DNA of 60,350 bases, the filler included. It is 4 parts of 4 records of this genome, joined end to end, with 100 filler letters (N's around TTAATTAATTAA, not from the genome) between each part and the next. Parts side by side here need not be neighbours in the genome. Positions count along the whole stretch, not along the records: positions 1 to 21,510 come from SRR31156797_9143; positions 21,611 to 44,816 come from SRR31156797_9147; 2 more parts are not named here. The stretch is one strand, 5' to 3'. The notes beneath the pieces are model-generated. The model was not told where the DNA came from. It saw only the letters and a program-made list of their open reading frames with translations, and made no database searches. A program made the position numbers and the translations under genes. Shown in pieces: positions 20,524 through 30,190 of the stretch; within the stretch, counting starts at the first letter, position 1; every line of letters begins with the position of its first letter.

Positions 20524-20558
20524 AAACGGCAGTTCCGTAGTGGAATTGCCGTTTTTTT
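20524..20558 (+). terminator. intrinsic terminator of the hys operon
   Basis: AAACGGCAGTTCC-gtagt-GGAATTGCCGTTT plus T run. Confidence 0.9.
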
Positions 20559-20629
20559 ATTTTGTGCTTTTGTTTTTTTCTAGTAAAATCGCTTAGTGAC
20601 TATTAGAGTGTAATTGCTATCATTATATT

Positions 20630-21510
20630 ATGATTTTTTTGACATTGAGGCTTTCTGCTATGAATAGAACTTATAGTTTTGTTGATAAGTTTGTGTCCAT
20701 ACCGTCGGGTGTTTGGAATTGTATTATGGCTATTTGTGCTATTGGAGCTTTGATCGTAGCTATTTTATCTTATCTAGCAAAGAAAAAGCAAAGTGAGTCA
20801 GCCAAGCAAAGTCAATCAGCTGAAATAGCAAGAATGCTTTTGACAAAGTATGAGGAAGAGATCCAGATTAAGAATGAAGAAATTAGCAGTTTGGAAGCTG
20901 CGCTTAAAGATGCAGTCGACGGTCTTGGCGACTTTGAAAAGCATAATGAAGTAGCAAGATTAGTAAAAGAAGCTGAAAAGCATTTAAAGAAAGGAAATAC
21001 AGATTTGGCAAAAGCTCTGTATAGACAAGTTGGAAAAGAGAAGGAGCAAAATGCGAAGGAAATAAATATTGAAGCCGCCCAAGCGTACCGCCGTCTGGGG
21101 GCGCTGGCATACCTGGATGATACTCATGAAGCTTTAAAGGCTTATCAAAAAGCAGTCAAACTTGATCCTGAGCATGCTGCTGGTTGGACTCAACTTGGTC
21201 GTTTGCTGAGAAGAATTGGGAAATTTGATGAGGCCGTTGCAGCTTATGAAAAGGTGTTGGACATCGCTGAAGCTCATGAAGATAAAGAATTATATGCCCT
21301 TGCATACGGTAACTTTGGGACTCTTTGTCGAATTCAGGGGGACTTTGCAGGCGCTGAGGAGTATTATCGTAAGTCGTTGCTGATAGAGAAAGAGTTGGGC
21401 CGTAAAGAAGGAATGGCCTCTGATTACGGCAATCTTGGTATTATCCGCCGAATTCAGGGGGACCTTAAAGGCGCTGAAAGATATTACCGTGATGCCTTGC
21501 AGCTCAATGA
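20630..21510 (+). CDS. membrane-anchored TPR-repeat protein, truncated at contig end
   Basis: N-terminal TM, coiled coil, TPRs including 40-aa repeats (YGN(F/L)G...RIQGD..GAE.YYR). Start may be ATG 20660. Confidence 0.85.
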
Positions 21511-21610
21511 NNNNNNNNNNNNNNNNNNNNNNNNNNNNNNNNNNNNNNNNNNNNTTAATTAATTAANNNNNNNNNNNNNNNNNNNNNNNNNNNNNNNNNN
21601 NNNNNNNNNN
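21511..21610. other. artificial contig spacer
   Basis: N-run + TTAATTAATTAA (stops in all six frames) + N-run. Confidence 0.99.
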
Positions 21611-21686
21611 GCAGACTGGTGCAGCGTATTGGTCATACGTCAACCAGGCTGATCGCGGAAAGACCTAGTGCCCTGTGAGCAGTTAC
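21611..21686. repeat. right part of a MITE/ERIC-like element
   Basis: Hairpin CTGGT-GCA-GCGTAT-tggtc-ATACGT-CA-ACCAG and terminus ...GAGCAGTTAC. Confidence 0.5.
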
Positions 21687-21820
21687 CAAAAAAAGACATT
21701 CTACCTTGTAATAGCCTCTCACCATGCCATATACTGAAAAGGTAAAAAAGGGCCATACCCCCTTTCTCACTGTTTTACCATTCAAACATCTAAATTCCTG
21801 TTTTATTGAGGAGAAGTATT

Positions 21821-22609
21821 ATGGCTGATAAAAAACGACTCGGAGAGTTCCTCATCCAAGCCAATCTCATTACTGAAGAAGAACTCGCTCAAGCCTTAAA
21901 AATGCAGGTCGGCGGCAACCGCAGACTTGGTAGAATTCTCGTGCAGATGGGTGCGATAACAAGTGACCAACTCCTGGAAACCCTTTCAGATCAATTTGAC
22001 CTTCCCATACTTGATGTAAACCAAGAGTTTTCCAAAGAGGCTCAAACCGTTTTACCGCGTTACCTCTGCAAAAAATATGAAGTTATCCCACTTGGTACGA
22101 TCAAGGAAAAAATCCTGAAATTGGCAATGGCTGACCCCTCAGACAGCGAAGCAATAGTTGACATAGAAAATTTCACAGGCAAAGCAGTGCAACCATGCCT
22201 GGCGAGACAAAACGATATTAACCAGGCAATTAAAACCCATATCCCCGTCTCTGCCCGTGACATCTTCAACCCGCAAAGCTATACCCAGTGGGCCAAAATG
22301 GCCTCCGCAATTGCCCTGGTAATGATCTTAGCCGTGGCTGGGTTCACTTATCGTTTCTATAGCGAGACCAAATACGGCACCATTACCAAAACAGCAGATG
22401 CTATTATTTACAAAAACCATGACCTCATGGTTGGCATAGAGCACACCGGCAGCACCACCCTGCTTGGTCGCGGTGCCTATACAACTGGTTACTACTCCAT
22501 CTCCTTTGATTCACCCGAGGCACTGGCCACGTTTATTGATCATAAAAAGGATGACCTCTCCACCGCCCAGTACGAATGGGCAAAGTGGGCAGTTTCAAAT
22601 CCTTACTAA
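21821..22609 (+). CDS. MshEN/GspE N-terminal domain protein with TM helix and C-terminal domain, no ATPase
   Basis: Tandem RLGxxL motifs (RLGEFLIQANLITEEELAQALKMQ; RLGRILVQMGAI), LAMADPSD, TM ASAIALVMILAVAGF; GAGGAG RBS before ATG 21821. Confidence 0.85.
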   Translation: MADKKRLGEFLIQANLITEEELAQALKMQVGGNRRLGRILVQMGAITSDQLLETLSDQFDLPILDVNQEFSKEAQTVLPRYLCKKYEVIPLGTIKEKILKLAMADPSDSEAIVDIENFTGKAVQPCLARQNDINQAIKTHIPVSARDIFNPQSYTQWAKMASAIALVMILAVAGFTYRFYSETKYGTITKTADAIIYKNHDLMVGIEHTGSTTLLGRGAYTTGYYSISFDSPEALATFIDHKKDDLSTAQYEWAKWAVSNPY

Positions 22610-22728
22610 CATTAATTTCCAGCACAAAACGTAACCCAAGAGTGAGTCGAATTACAATTACGAAACAAACAACACATTGCTAAAATAGTAACCACCTAAC
22701 AAAACAACGCTTTTTACATGCAACACAA

Positions 22729-22746
22729 CAGGCACGCTTCATGCTT
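22729..22746 (+). promoter_or_regulatory. putative sigma54 (-24/-12) promoter
   Basis: caGGCACgcttcatGC with exact GG-N10-GC spacing (22731-22744), about 100 nt before the next start codon. Confidence 0.55.
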
Positions 22747-22842
22747 CCTAGCACCTGAAGACTTCTCATAGCCCTAGTTAGTGTCTACTCTTACCAACAG
22801 CACTAGTTAACGGAGACTAACCTACATAGTCCAGGAAGCCAG

Positions 22843-25560
22843 ATGCAAAAGAAACTATTCCAAGTACTCCTCACTTTCGCCTGTTGCATTTTTGCCACTA
22901 TAGTTGCAGCTGCCGACCACTCCATTCACATCGAATGGGGATACACTCCCCCCAGCGAACCTGCTGTGACCGGTTATCGGCTGTACCAAGAAGGTGCTTT
23001 TGCCTGTGAAACCCAAAACCCTCTTGCAACAAGCATGGACTGCTCAGTACCCCTGGTAGACGACACGACCAACTTCACCCTCACCGCTCTTTTCAGCGAT
23101 GGTTCGGAAAGCCCACATTCAGAACCTTTTCCATTCACCGTTACAGATGATACAACATCATCAGATACTCCGGAACCAGACACAAGCGGTAGCCATGCGT
23201 TTACCTTTACCTGGGAAACCACCACTGCAACCGATACAATCAGTGAACATCGCATCTACCTTAATGACGAATTCCTCTGTGCTTCAAGCGAACCTACAGC
23301 CACAAGCCTTACATGCAACGCAGATTTAATTAACGGCTTAATGACATTTTCCATGACCACGGTTGATATTGATGGTCTTGAAAGTGCCCCGTCTAACATC
23401 CTCACTTTCGACCCGACCGAATACCCCGACCTGTTCAACCCCAAACAAGTCACCTTTACCTGGGAATACCCTGGCACAGTAGACCTGAGTGGATTCAAAG
23501 TATATCAGAACAACACCTTCCTTTGCGAAACAACCACCCCAGAAGATCGAGCACTCACCTGCACAGCTAACTTTACCAGCTCCACCAATACTTTTGCCAT
23601 CGCCGCAGTGGATGTAAATGGTACAGAAACGACCCTTTCCAACACACTCACCTACACAGAAGAAAGCACCCCTGTTGCCACCCAGCTCCTTGCAACAATT
23701 ACTGCAAATGTAACAGAAGGCACAGCACCACTGACCATCGGTTTTGATGCATCCTCTTCCACCGGCACCATTAACTCCTACTCATGGTCTTTTGGAGATG
23801 GAGACACTGCAGACGCAAACAATATCAACCATACCTTCAACCTCCCCGGTACCTACACGACTAAACTGACCATTACCGATACCAACGGCAGCACAAGCAG
23901 CGACACTACCACAATTACGGTAACCGAAGCTGTCGTAGTCAACACCCCGCCAATTGCTGCAATTACGCCCTCTACTACCACAGGAGAAGCACCGCTAACC
24001 GTTACTTTTGACGGCTCCGGCTCCACCGACAGCGACGGCACCATCAGCAGCTACACCTGGAACTTTGGCGACGGCTCCTCAATAACAGGCAAACAGATAA
24101 GCCACACCTTCACGGACGCTGGCACATTTACTGCTAGCCTAGTGGTAACAGACAACCAAGGCCTTACCAGCACTACCAGTATACCGATAATCGCAACCGC
24201 CCCTGTCCAAGATACAAATCAGGCGCCAGTTGCAGCTATCAGCATAACAGCATCAACCGGCAAGGCACCGTTAACGGTCAGCTTCAGTGCATCCGGTTCC
24301 ACCGATCCCGACGGAACAATTGAAAACTACACCTGGAACTTCGGGGACGGTTCATCCGCAAGCGGTATTTCTGCAACCCATACATATACAACAGAGGCGG
24401 ATTACATAGCCACACTCCAGGTAACTGACGACAAAGGTATGACCGCTACCGCAAGTACAACCATCACAGTCGACCCGGCAGAAGAAAACGCACCATTTGC
24501 CATTGAGATTGGCGAGGTTGTAGTGAACTCAACCTGGAAGCGGGTCGAACTTGAGAAACCCTTTAACGCCCCAATCATCATCGCAGGTCCTCCGACCTTT
24601 AACGGCAGTGACCCAGGAGTGATACGCCTGCGCAATATTGACACAACTGGCTTTGAAATTAAATTTGCTGAATGGGGCTATCTTGACGACAATCACGCTG
24701 ACGAAACGGTAAGCTACCTAGCCGTGGAAAAAGGCCACCATAATGTGAACGGTAACACCCTTGAAGCAGGTACTTTAACAGGAACAACCACCTTCAAGAC
24801 CACCAGTTTTGAAGAAGCATTTACCGATACTCCTGTTGTAATGACAACCATAGCTTCTGTGAACGACACGAAAACAATTAGCGGTCGCCTTCGCAACGTA
24901 TCAACTTCCGGATTCGATTATTACTTCCGTAAACAGGAAGCTGACGCAAACACCCATACTAACGAAACGGTCAACTATATTGCGTGGCAACTGGGAAGTG
25001 GTGTTTTGGATGACTCCATCCTCTTTGAAGCAGGCTTAACAGGAGACACCGTAACTCATAGTTGGAAAGAGGTGACGTATCTAAACGTTTCCGAACAGCT
25101 TCCATTCCTTCTTTCAGATATGCAAACAACAGGTGGCAAGGACACTTCCTCTGTAAGGATACAAAATGCAACGACAACAGGTTTCCAGGTAAAAGTCGAA
25201 GAGGAACAATCAAAAAACGATGAAATAAATCATACCACAGAAGTAATCGGCTACCTTGCACTTACCGCTACAAGCGAACAACTAAAAGAACCAACGGAAA
25301 ACAAAGGTGAAAAAGTCATTACCTTTAATTGGGACTATGACGAATCTGCGCAGATAATGGGATTCAAATTCTACCTGAACGGTGAACTCATTTGCGAAAC
25401 CAACAACCCCAGCGACCGCACTCTCTCCTGTTCGGTTCCGTTAACTAGTGAGGACACTGTGCATTATTCAATGACAGCAGTGGGGAGTGATAGCGTTGAA
25501 AGTGAACCTTCAAACATACTTTCTACCGACACGTCGCTGTTACCACAATTAATGCCTTAA
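22843..25560 (+). CDS. secreted multidomain protein: 4 Cys-pair FN3-like domains, 3 PKD domains, 3 H-type-lectin-like repeats
   Basis: Signal peptide; W...G(Y/F)xxY..CxT..C...ES..S repeats; three PKD units with Y(S/T)W(S/N)FGDG; three repeats W.....F...P......RLRN....GF. Confidence 0.85.
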   Translation: MQKKLFQVLLTFACCIFATIVAAADHSIHIEWGYTPPSEPAVTGYRLYQEGAFACETQNPLATSMDCSVPLVDDTTNFTLTALFSDGSESPHSEPFPFTVTDDTTSSDTPEPDTSGSHAFTFTWETTTATDTISEHRIYLNDEFLCASSEPTATSLTCNADLINGLMTFSMTTVDIDGLESAPSNILTFDPTEYPDLFNPKQVTFTWEYPGTVDLSGFKVYQNNTFLCETTTPEDRALTCTANFTSSTNTFAIAAVDVNGTETTLSNTLTYTEESTPVATQLLATITANVTEGTAPLTIGFDASSSTGTINSYSWSFGDGDTADANNINHTFNLPGTYTTKLTITDTNGSTSSDTTTITVTEAVVVNTPPIAAITPSTTTGEAPLTVTFDGSGSTDSDGTISSYTWNFGDGSSITGKQISHTFTDAGTFTASLVVTDNQGLTSTTSIPIIATAPVQDTNQAPVAAISITASTGKAPLTVSFSASGSTDPDGTIENYTWNFGDGSSASGISATHTYTTEADYIATLQVTDDKGMTATASTTITVDPAEENAPFAIEIGEVVVNSTWKRVELEKPFNAPIIIAGPPTFNGSDPGVIRLRNIDTTGFEIKFAEWGYLDDNHADETVSYLAVEKGHHNVNGNTLEAGTLTGTTTFKTTSFEEAFTDTPVVMTTIASVNDTKTISGRLRNVSTSGFDYYFRKQEADANTHTNETVNYIAWQLGSGVLDDSILFEAGLTGDTVTHSWKEVTYLNVSEQLPFLLSDMQTTGGKDTSSVRIQNATTTGFQVKVEEEQSKNDEINHTTEVIGYLALTATSEQLKEPTENKGEKVITFNWDYDESAQIMGFKFYLNGELICETNNPSDRTLSCSVPLTSEDTVHYSMTAVGSDSVESEPSNILSTDTSLLPQLMP

Positions 25561-25725
25561 AAGCATAATATTTTTATGTGGGGACTTGACAACATCAAAG
25601 GGGTACTCAGTGCTTTCAAAATATACAACAACAATGAACCGATTTATTCAACTGACGTCCCTGTGGTCACTATTACCCGAGAGAACACAAAAAGAACTAA
25701 TGAAGAACAACAGACAAGAACATAG
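25561..25725 (+). pseudogene. in-frame decayed fifth FN3-like repeat beyond the stop codon
   Basis: The same frame after TAA reads KHNIFMWGLDNIKGVLSAFKIYNNNEPIYSTDVP, similar to repeat 3 (KQVTFTWEYPGTVDLSGFKVYQNNTFLCETTTP). Confidence 0.6.
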
Positions 25726-25730
25726 TTGCA

Positions 25731-26726
25731 ATGCAATATAAAACGGAGGCCATAATGAATCAGAAATACAGTATTAATGGAGTTATGATATACCTAAAAA
25801 ATATCAATTTATCTATCCTGGCATGTAGCTCTATTTTTTTTATTTCAGCAACCGCCCCTGACCTACTCTTGGCAGCTGAATTTCAAGGTGCACTTTACTC
25901 AGTCTCTATCACTGAAGCTGCAGAGGTTAACACACCTCCTATTGCTAAATTCAGCTACACTCAAATTGATAATACTTTTACTTTTGATGCTGGTGAGTCT
26001 TCAGACCCTGACGGCAATATAACTAAGTACATTTGGAGCTTTAGCGATGGAAATTCAGGAACAGGACAAACGTATCAATATACGCCCAACGACCACACAT
26101 CGATCACAGCTACCCTAACAGTGCTTGACAACAGCGGCAATGTAACTTTAAGACAAAAGTCAATACATATATCTTCCAACGTAATATTTGACAATTTCAA
26201 CACAGACACAACTGAAGATTATATATCTATCTCTAAGGGTATAGAAATCTCAAATGGGCAAGCACTAGGGACTTCCAATTGGTACACTAATATTGTTGAA
26301 CATAAGACATCAACACATTCTAATAATCACTATGTAGAGGCAGCATGCGAGTATGATGGCCACAGTTACACAGGTATCCTTTTAAGATATAACGGGACAA
26401 CCGGGTACGCCACTCAACTAACCTCTGAAGGCATTACATTAAATATCATCAACAATGGTCAGCTTAAATGGATTGCAGCTTTCCCCAAAAAAGTTTCTAT
26501 TGAATCGAATAAAAAATACAAGATATTAGTAACTGTAACGGATGCAATATTTAAATCATTTATCGACTTAAATAATGATGGAGAATATACTGCAAACGAA
26601 ACCTTAGGGGAAATAATAGACTCTCAGCATACCAAAGGAGAGCGTATCGGGCTTATTTTTAATTATGGTTACGGCCAAAATACTCTAGGAATTGATATGC
26701 TATCAGCTGCTGCCGTGGACAATTAA
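25731..26726 (+). CDS. secreted PKD-domain protein with C-terminal beta-sandwich domain
   Basis: NTPPIAKF...FDAGESSDPDGNITKYIWSFSDG PKD; hydrophobic N-region. Start may be ATG 25755 or later. Confidence 0.75.
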   Translation: MQYKTEAIMNQKYSINGVMIYLKNINLSILACSSIFFISATAPDLLLAAEFQGALYSVSITEAAEVNTPPIAKFSYTQIDNTFTFDAGESSDPDGNITKYIWSFSDGNSGTGQTYQYTPNDHTSITATLTVLDNSGNVTLRQKSIHISSNVIFDNFNTDTTEDYISISKGIEISNGQALGTSNWYTNIVEHKTSTHSNNHYVEAACEYDGHSYTGILLRYNGTTGYATQLTSEGITLNIINNGQLKWIAAFPKKVSIESNKKYKILVTVTDAIFKSFIDLNNDGEYTANETLGEIIDSQHTKGERIGLIFNYGYGQNTLGIDMLSAAAVDN

Positions 26727-27047
26727 TCCTTCACCACCGAAACCGTTAAGCCAAGGACTTAAAACAAATTACGACAAGGCACTCACTGAAAATATGCGGG
26801 GAAAACTTTATGAATGGCAAGCAGAACTAAGGCGATAAAATACAAAGCCCTTTGCGCCGGTGTTTCACAGCCTCGACTAACTGACTTTTCCTTGCTGCAC
26901 CAGATGATGTGAATAATACAGAAAACCATTTACTATTTTTTGCCAAGGAACATTAATTGGCGACCAAAACGAACCGTCCTCTTTAGACTATAATTGGGCG
27001 TAATATTAAAAAATTTGCCTCATAGCTTAAACAAAATAAGAATCAAA

Positions 27048-27704
27048 ATGTCACCAAAAGAATCCTTATCTTCAAAAATATTACGGAATTTTTTTTCGTC
27101 TAGGCTTTGGGTTCAAAAATATACATTGCCTATCGATTCATCAAGCTCAGAAAAAATCTACCTCACTTTTGATGACGGGCCTAAGGATAGCATAGACAAC
27201 GGCTGCACAGAAAAAATTCTCGACTTACTAGAAGAATATGATATCAAAGCTACCTTTTTCGTATTAGGAAACAGGCTAGAACAAAACCCTAAAATTGCTG
27301 AACGGATATCTATAGAAGGTCATCGCATTGGCAACCACACACATACACACCAGGACATTTTGAAATTATCTCGTTTAGATATAGTTTCAGAAATAGAAAA
27401 GTGCCAATCGATTATTGAAACTTACTTACCCAAACAACAACTTCTATTTCGCCCCCCTAAAGGGCACCTCAGCTTCAATACATTAAAAATACTACAAGAA
27501 AAAAAAGCGAAATTAGTTCTTTGGTCAATAGACTCAAAAGATTCCCACGGGAAAAGTGCAAACGCAATAATTAAGACATTAGAACATACTGACATTAAAG
27601 GTAACATTTTATTGTTCCACGACGACCAACAAACAGCACATCAAGCACTACGAATACTCATCCCAAAATGGGTTGACAAAGGCTATCAATTTTCCACCAT
27701 ATAA
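27048..27704 (+). CDS. polysaccharide deacetylase (CE4/NodB family)
   Basis: LTFDDGP, ATFFVLG, GNHTHTH, FRPPKG, ILLFHD. Start uncertain. Confidence 0.92.
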   Translation: MSPKESLSSKILRNFFSSRLWVQKYTLPIDSSSSEKIYLTFDDGPKDSIDNGCTEKILDLLEEYDIKATFFVLGNRLEQNPKIAERISIEGHRIGNHTHTHQDILKLSRLDIVSEIEKCQSIIETYLPKQQLLFRPPKGHLSFNTLKILQEKKAKLVLWSIDSKDSHGKSANAIIKTLEHTDIKGNILLFHDDQQTAHQALRILIPKWVDKGYQFSTI

Positions 27705-27742
27705 AACAGACTATGGTATATTATTTCCGACACGACAATCCC

Positions 27743-30190
27743 ATGATACGATTAATACTAGCTGTAACAATAACAATAGTATTTACTGCAAATGGCTTTG
27801 CAGCAATAAACACCCAGCGGCCTCGTTTGTGGCTCAACAGCGCCAAGGTTAAAGAACTAAAAGCGTATGTCCCTGTTACAGATGGAGGAACAGGGACAGT
27901 TGCCTCCCCTCAATGGACAACCTTGAAAACATGGTGCGATAAAAATCTGTATACAGAGACAGGTGAGTATATTTATTCCGGCTATCATGGGTGGCAATGG
28001 TCTAAAGCTATGCTTAACTACGCTTTAGCATATGCGCTAACTGGAAACGAAACGTATGGAGATGAAGCAGTAGTGTATCTCGCAGGGCTTCTCTATGACA
28101 GGCCAAACGATAGCTATGATGTTAGGGCACACATAGGGATAACTGACCCATCTTATACATCTCCTGCTTCTGCTTACGCTTACAACTCAACCCCTCGATG
28201 TGCCTTTGATTCCGGGTATGCTACACGCATATATGCCAATGTTGCAATGGCTAGGGATTGGCTTGACGGGACATCCGCCCTCACGTCTACTATAATTAAA
28301 GACATAGTGATTACTCTTGGCGACTGCGTTTCTTATATTGATGCAGGTACTCCCTATGCTACAAATATACCAGAGGATAATTATTGGGCTGGTCATTTCA
28401 GGTTAATATACATGACGGCAATTGGATTATATGGCGACTCAGGGTATCAAACAAGTTGGAAAGAACTAGCTGATTCGTGGTGGGACGCTGTAAAAAATGA
28501 TCTGCTAGAGGATAGATTTGACGGCGGAGCGCACCTTGAAGGGTGGAACTATGGGCCCCTTGCCTCTATAAATTATATTGGCTACCCTGTCGCTCTGTCA
28601 ACAGGAACTGACGAAAGCGTTTGGAGCGAAACAAACTGGAACGAGGACACAATAAAAGGTCACTTGCACATGCTTTACCCATCAAGAGACCATTTCTTTG
28701 ACAATGGTAAGTGGTCCGGGGATGTGAAGGGAGAGCCAGCATACAACCTTATAAGTTTCCTTCTTGCTCAAACTCCGCTTTCTTCAGACTTACAGCAAAA
28801 AGGTCAATGGTATATCAACAATATTTCAACGACAAGAACAGTTAGTGAATGGGAAAGTCTACTTAATTATACAAACTTCACTCCCCGGCAACCTACATCT
28901 ACCAATATGGGAGGTGTGCTTTATACAAATGACAGCGGCGAAGGAATTAGTCGTGCTGCAGGCTGGGCTGATACTGATGAAACTTTAATTACCGTTGTGA
29001 ACAATCCTTATAATGCGGGGGCCAAGTCTTCACAAAACGGTGGAGAAGTAACAATATTTAGCCGTGGCGAACCACTTTTAACTAACGGCAACCAAGCTCT
29101 AAATGCTCCAACTCAAAGGGGCTTTTTGCAACAGTCAGCTCTTGTCACAGGTACTCACACCTATTCACCAATCCAAGAGGGATGGATTGGCGATAGAGCT
29201 GGATTTGATGCGCCTGAACTTTTAGCAGATGGAAACGATGATACGTTTGCATATTTTCAGGCAAAAAATCTTGAGGACTTATACAATGGCAACGAATGGA
29301 GAACATACCCAGCAGACACTGCAAATTATCAACGACACGTTGTCTACGTAAAACCCGACATAATTGTCATTTATGACAACCTTGTCCTTACCACTGGAGA
29401 TGGAACAAGTAGAGATTGCAAGTTTAGATGGTGGTGGAAAGGCCAACCTAGTGTAAATGGTCAGGTTGTCACCTACAGAGGTACAAATGCAAAGCTCTTT
29501 ATGACTATTCTAGGACAAACAGGCCGTTTTACTCCACCGGCTACCGCTGCATCCTTAGGTTATTATTCATATTGGGCCGGAACATATTACTCAGACTTTG
29601 AACCTAGCAATGACCCAGTAAACAATCAAACCATAAATGTCTTTGAGGTTGGGGACATTGACGCCACTCGAACGGTCCCTACTTATTTGACAGGGACGAA
29701 TGTTAAAGGGACTGTGGTTGACGGCAATGCTGTTATTTTCCCCTCAGCCACAAATGGGACAGAGATAGCAAACGCAAGTTATACGACAAACGCAACGAAA
29801 CATTATGTTGCAGGATTACCAGTTAATGTTGACGTGGCTGTAACAAGAGGCGGCTCAGAAATAGCTACCAGCCCGATCAATTCTGGCAAGTCTGGTGTAA
29901 TTGAATTTTCTGCACAGGCTGGTTCCGCCAACTACAAGATTACTGCAGGTAGCCCTACGTGTGCAAGCGATTACAACCTTTGCCTGTCCGAAACAACCTG
30001 CAAATCCGCTGGTTGGAATTGGTGCGACGGGGCGTGCCAAAATACAAAATGCGAAAGCGTTACACTAACCTGTTCTGATGGCATACAAAACAACAACGAA
30101 ACAGGTATAGATTGCGGAGGAGATTGCCCTGAATGTAGCAATAATACAAATGAGCTCCTTCCTGCTCCTATTATTCATTTAATAAAATGA
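27743..30190 (+). CDS. secreted heparinase II/III-like (polysaccharide lyase-like) protein with Cys-rich tail
   Basis: Signal peptide from ATG 27743; RPRLWL, ALAYALTGNETY, NYW, EGWNYG and RHVVYVKPDIIVIYDNL resemble toroid + beta-sandwich lyases; C-terminal CSDGIQNNNETGIDCGGDC motif. Confidence 0.6.
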   Translation: MIRLILAVTITIVFTANGFAAINTQRPRLWLNSAKVKELKAYVPVTDGGTGTVASPQWTTLKTWCDKNLYTETGEYIYSGYHGWQWSKAMLNYALAYALTGNETYGDEAVVYLAGLLYDRPNDSYDVRAHIGITDPSYTSPASAYAYNSTPRCAFDSGYATRIYANVAMARDWLDGTSALTSTIIKDIVITLGDCVSYIDAGTPYATNIPEDNYWAGHFRLIYMTAIGLYGDSGYQTSWKELADSWWDAVKNDLLEDRFDGGAHLEGWNYGPLASINYIGYPVALSTGTDESVWSETNWNEDTIKGHLHMLYPSRDHFFDNGKWSGDVKGEPAYNLISFLLAQTPLSSDLQQKGQWYINNISTTRTVSEWESLLNYTNFTPRQPTSTNMGGVLYTNDSGEGISRAAGWADTDETLITVVNNPYNAGAKSSQNGGEVTIFSRGEPLLTNGNQALNAPTQRGFLQQSALVTGTHTYSPIQEGWIGDRAGFDAPELLADGNDDTFAYFQAKNLEDLYNGNEWRTYPADTANYQRHVVYVKPDIIVIYDNLVLTTGDGTSRDCKFRWWWKGQPSVNGQVVTYRGTNAKLFMTILGQTGRFTPPATAASLGYYSYWAGTYYSDFEPSNDPVNNQTINVFEVGDIDATRTVPTYLTGTNVKGTVVDGNAVIFPSATNGTEIANASYTTNATKHYVAGLPVNVDVAVTRGGSEIATSPINSGKSGVIEFSAQAGSANYKITAGSPTCASDYNLCLSETTCKSAGWNWCDGACQNTKCESVTLTCSDGIQNNNETGIDCGGDCPECSNNTNELLPAPIIHLIK

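Noticed and set aside
21511..21610. TTAATTAATTAA palindrome in N-runs (also 44817-44916 and 52671-52770)
   Set aside because: Identical synthetic six-frame-stop linkers. Adjacency across them is not biological, so the two MshEN genes and the two selenoproteins cannot be treated as one locus.
25558..25560. Programmed readthrough of the scaffold gene stop
   Set aside because: The stop is TAA (not Sec or Pyl) and the downstream repeat has lost its Cys residues; decay is more parsimonious.
26727..26990. Intergenic peptide NYDKALTENMRGKLYEWQAELRR resembling a sulfatase C-terminus
   Set aside because: Too short, with no start or other motifs to support a pseudogene call.
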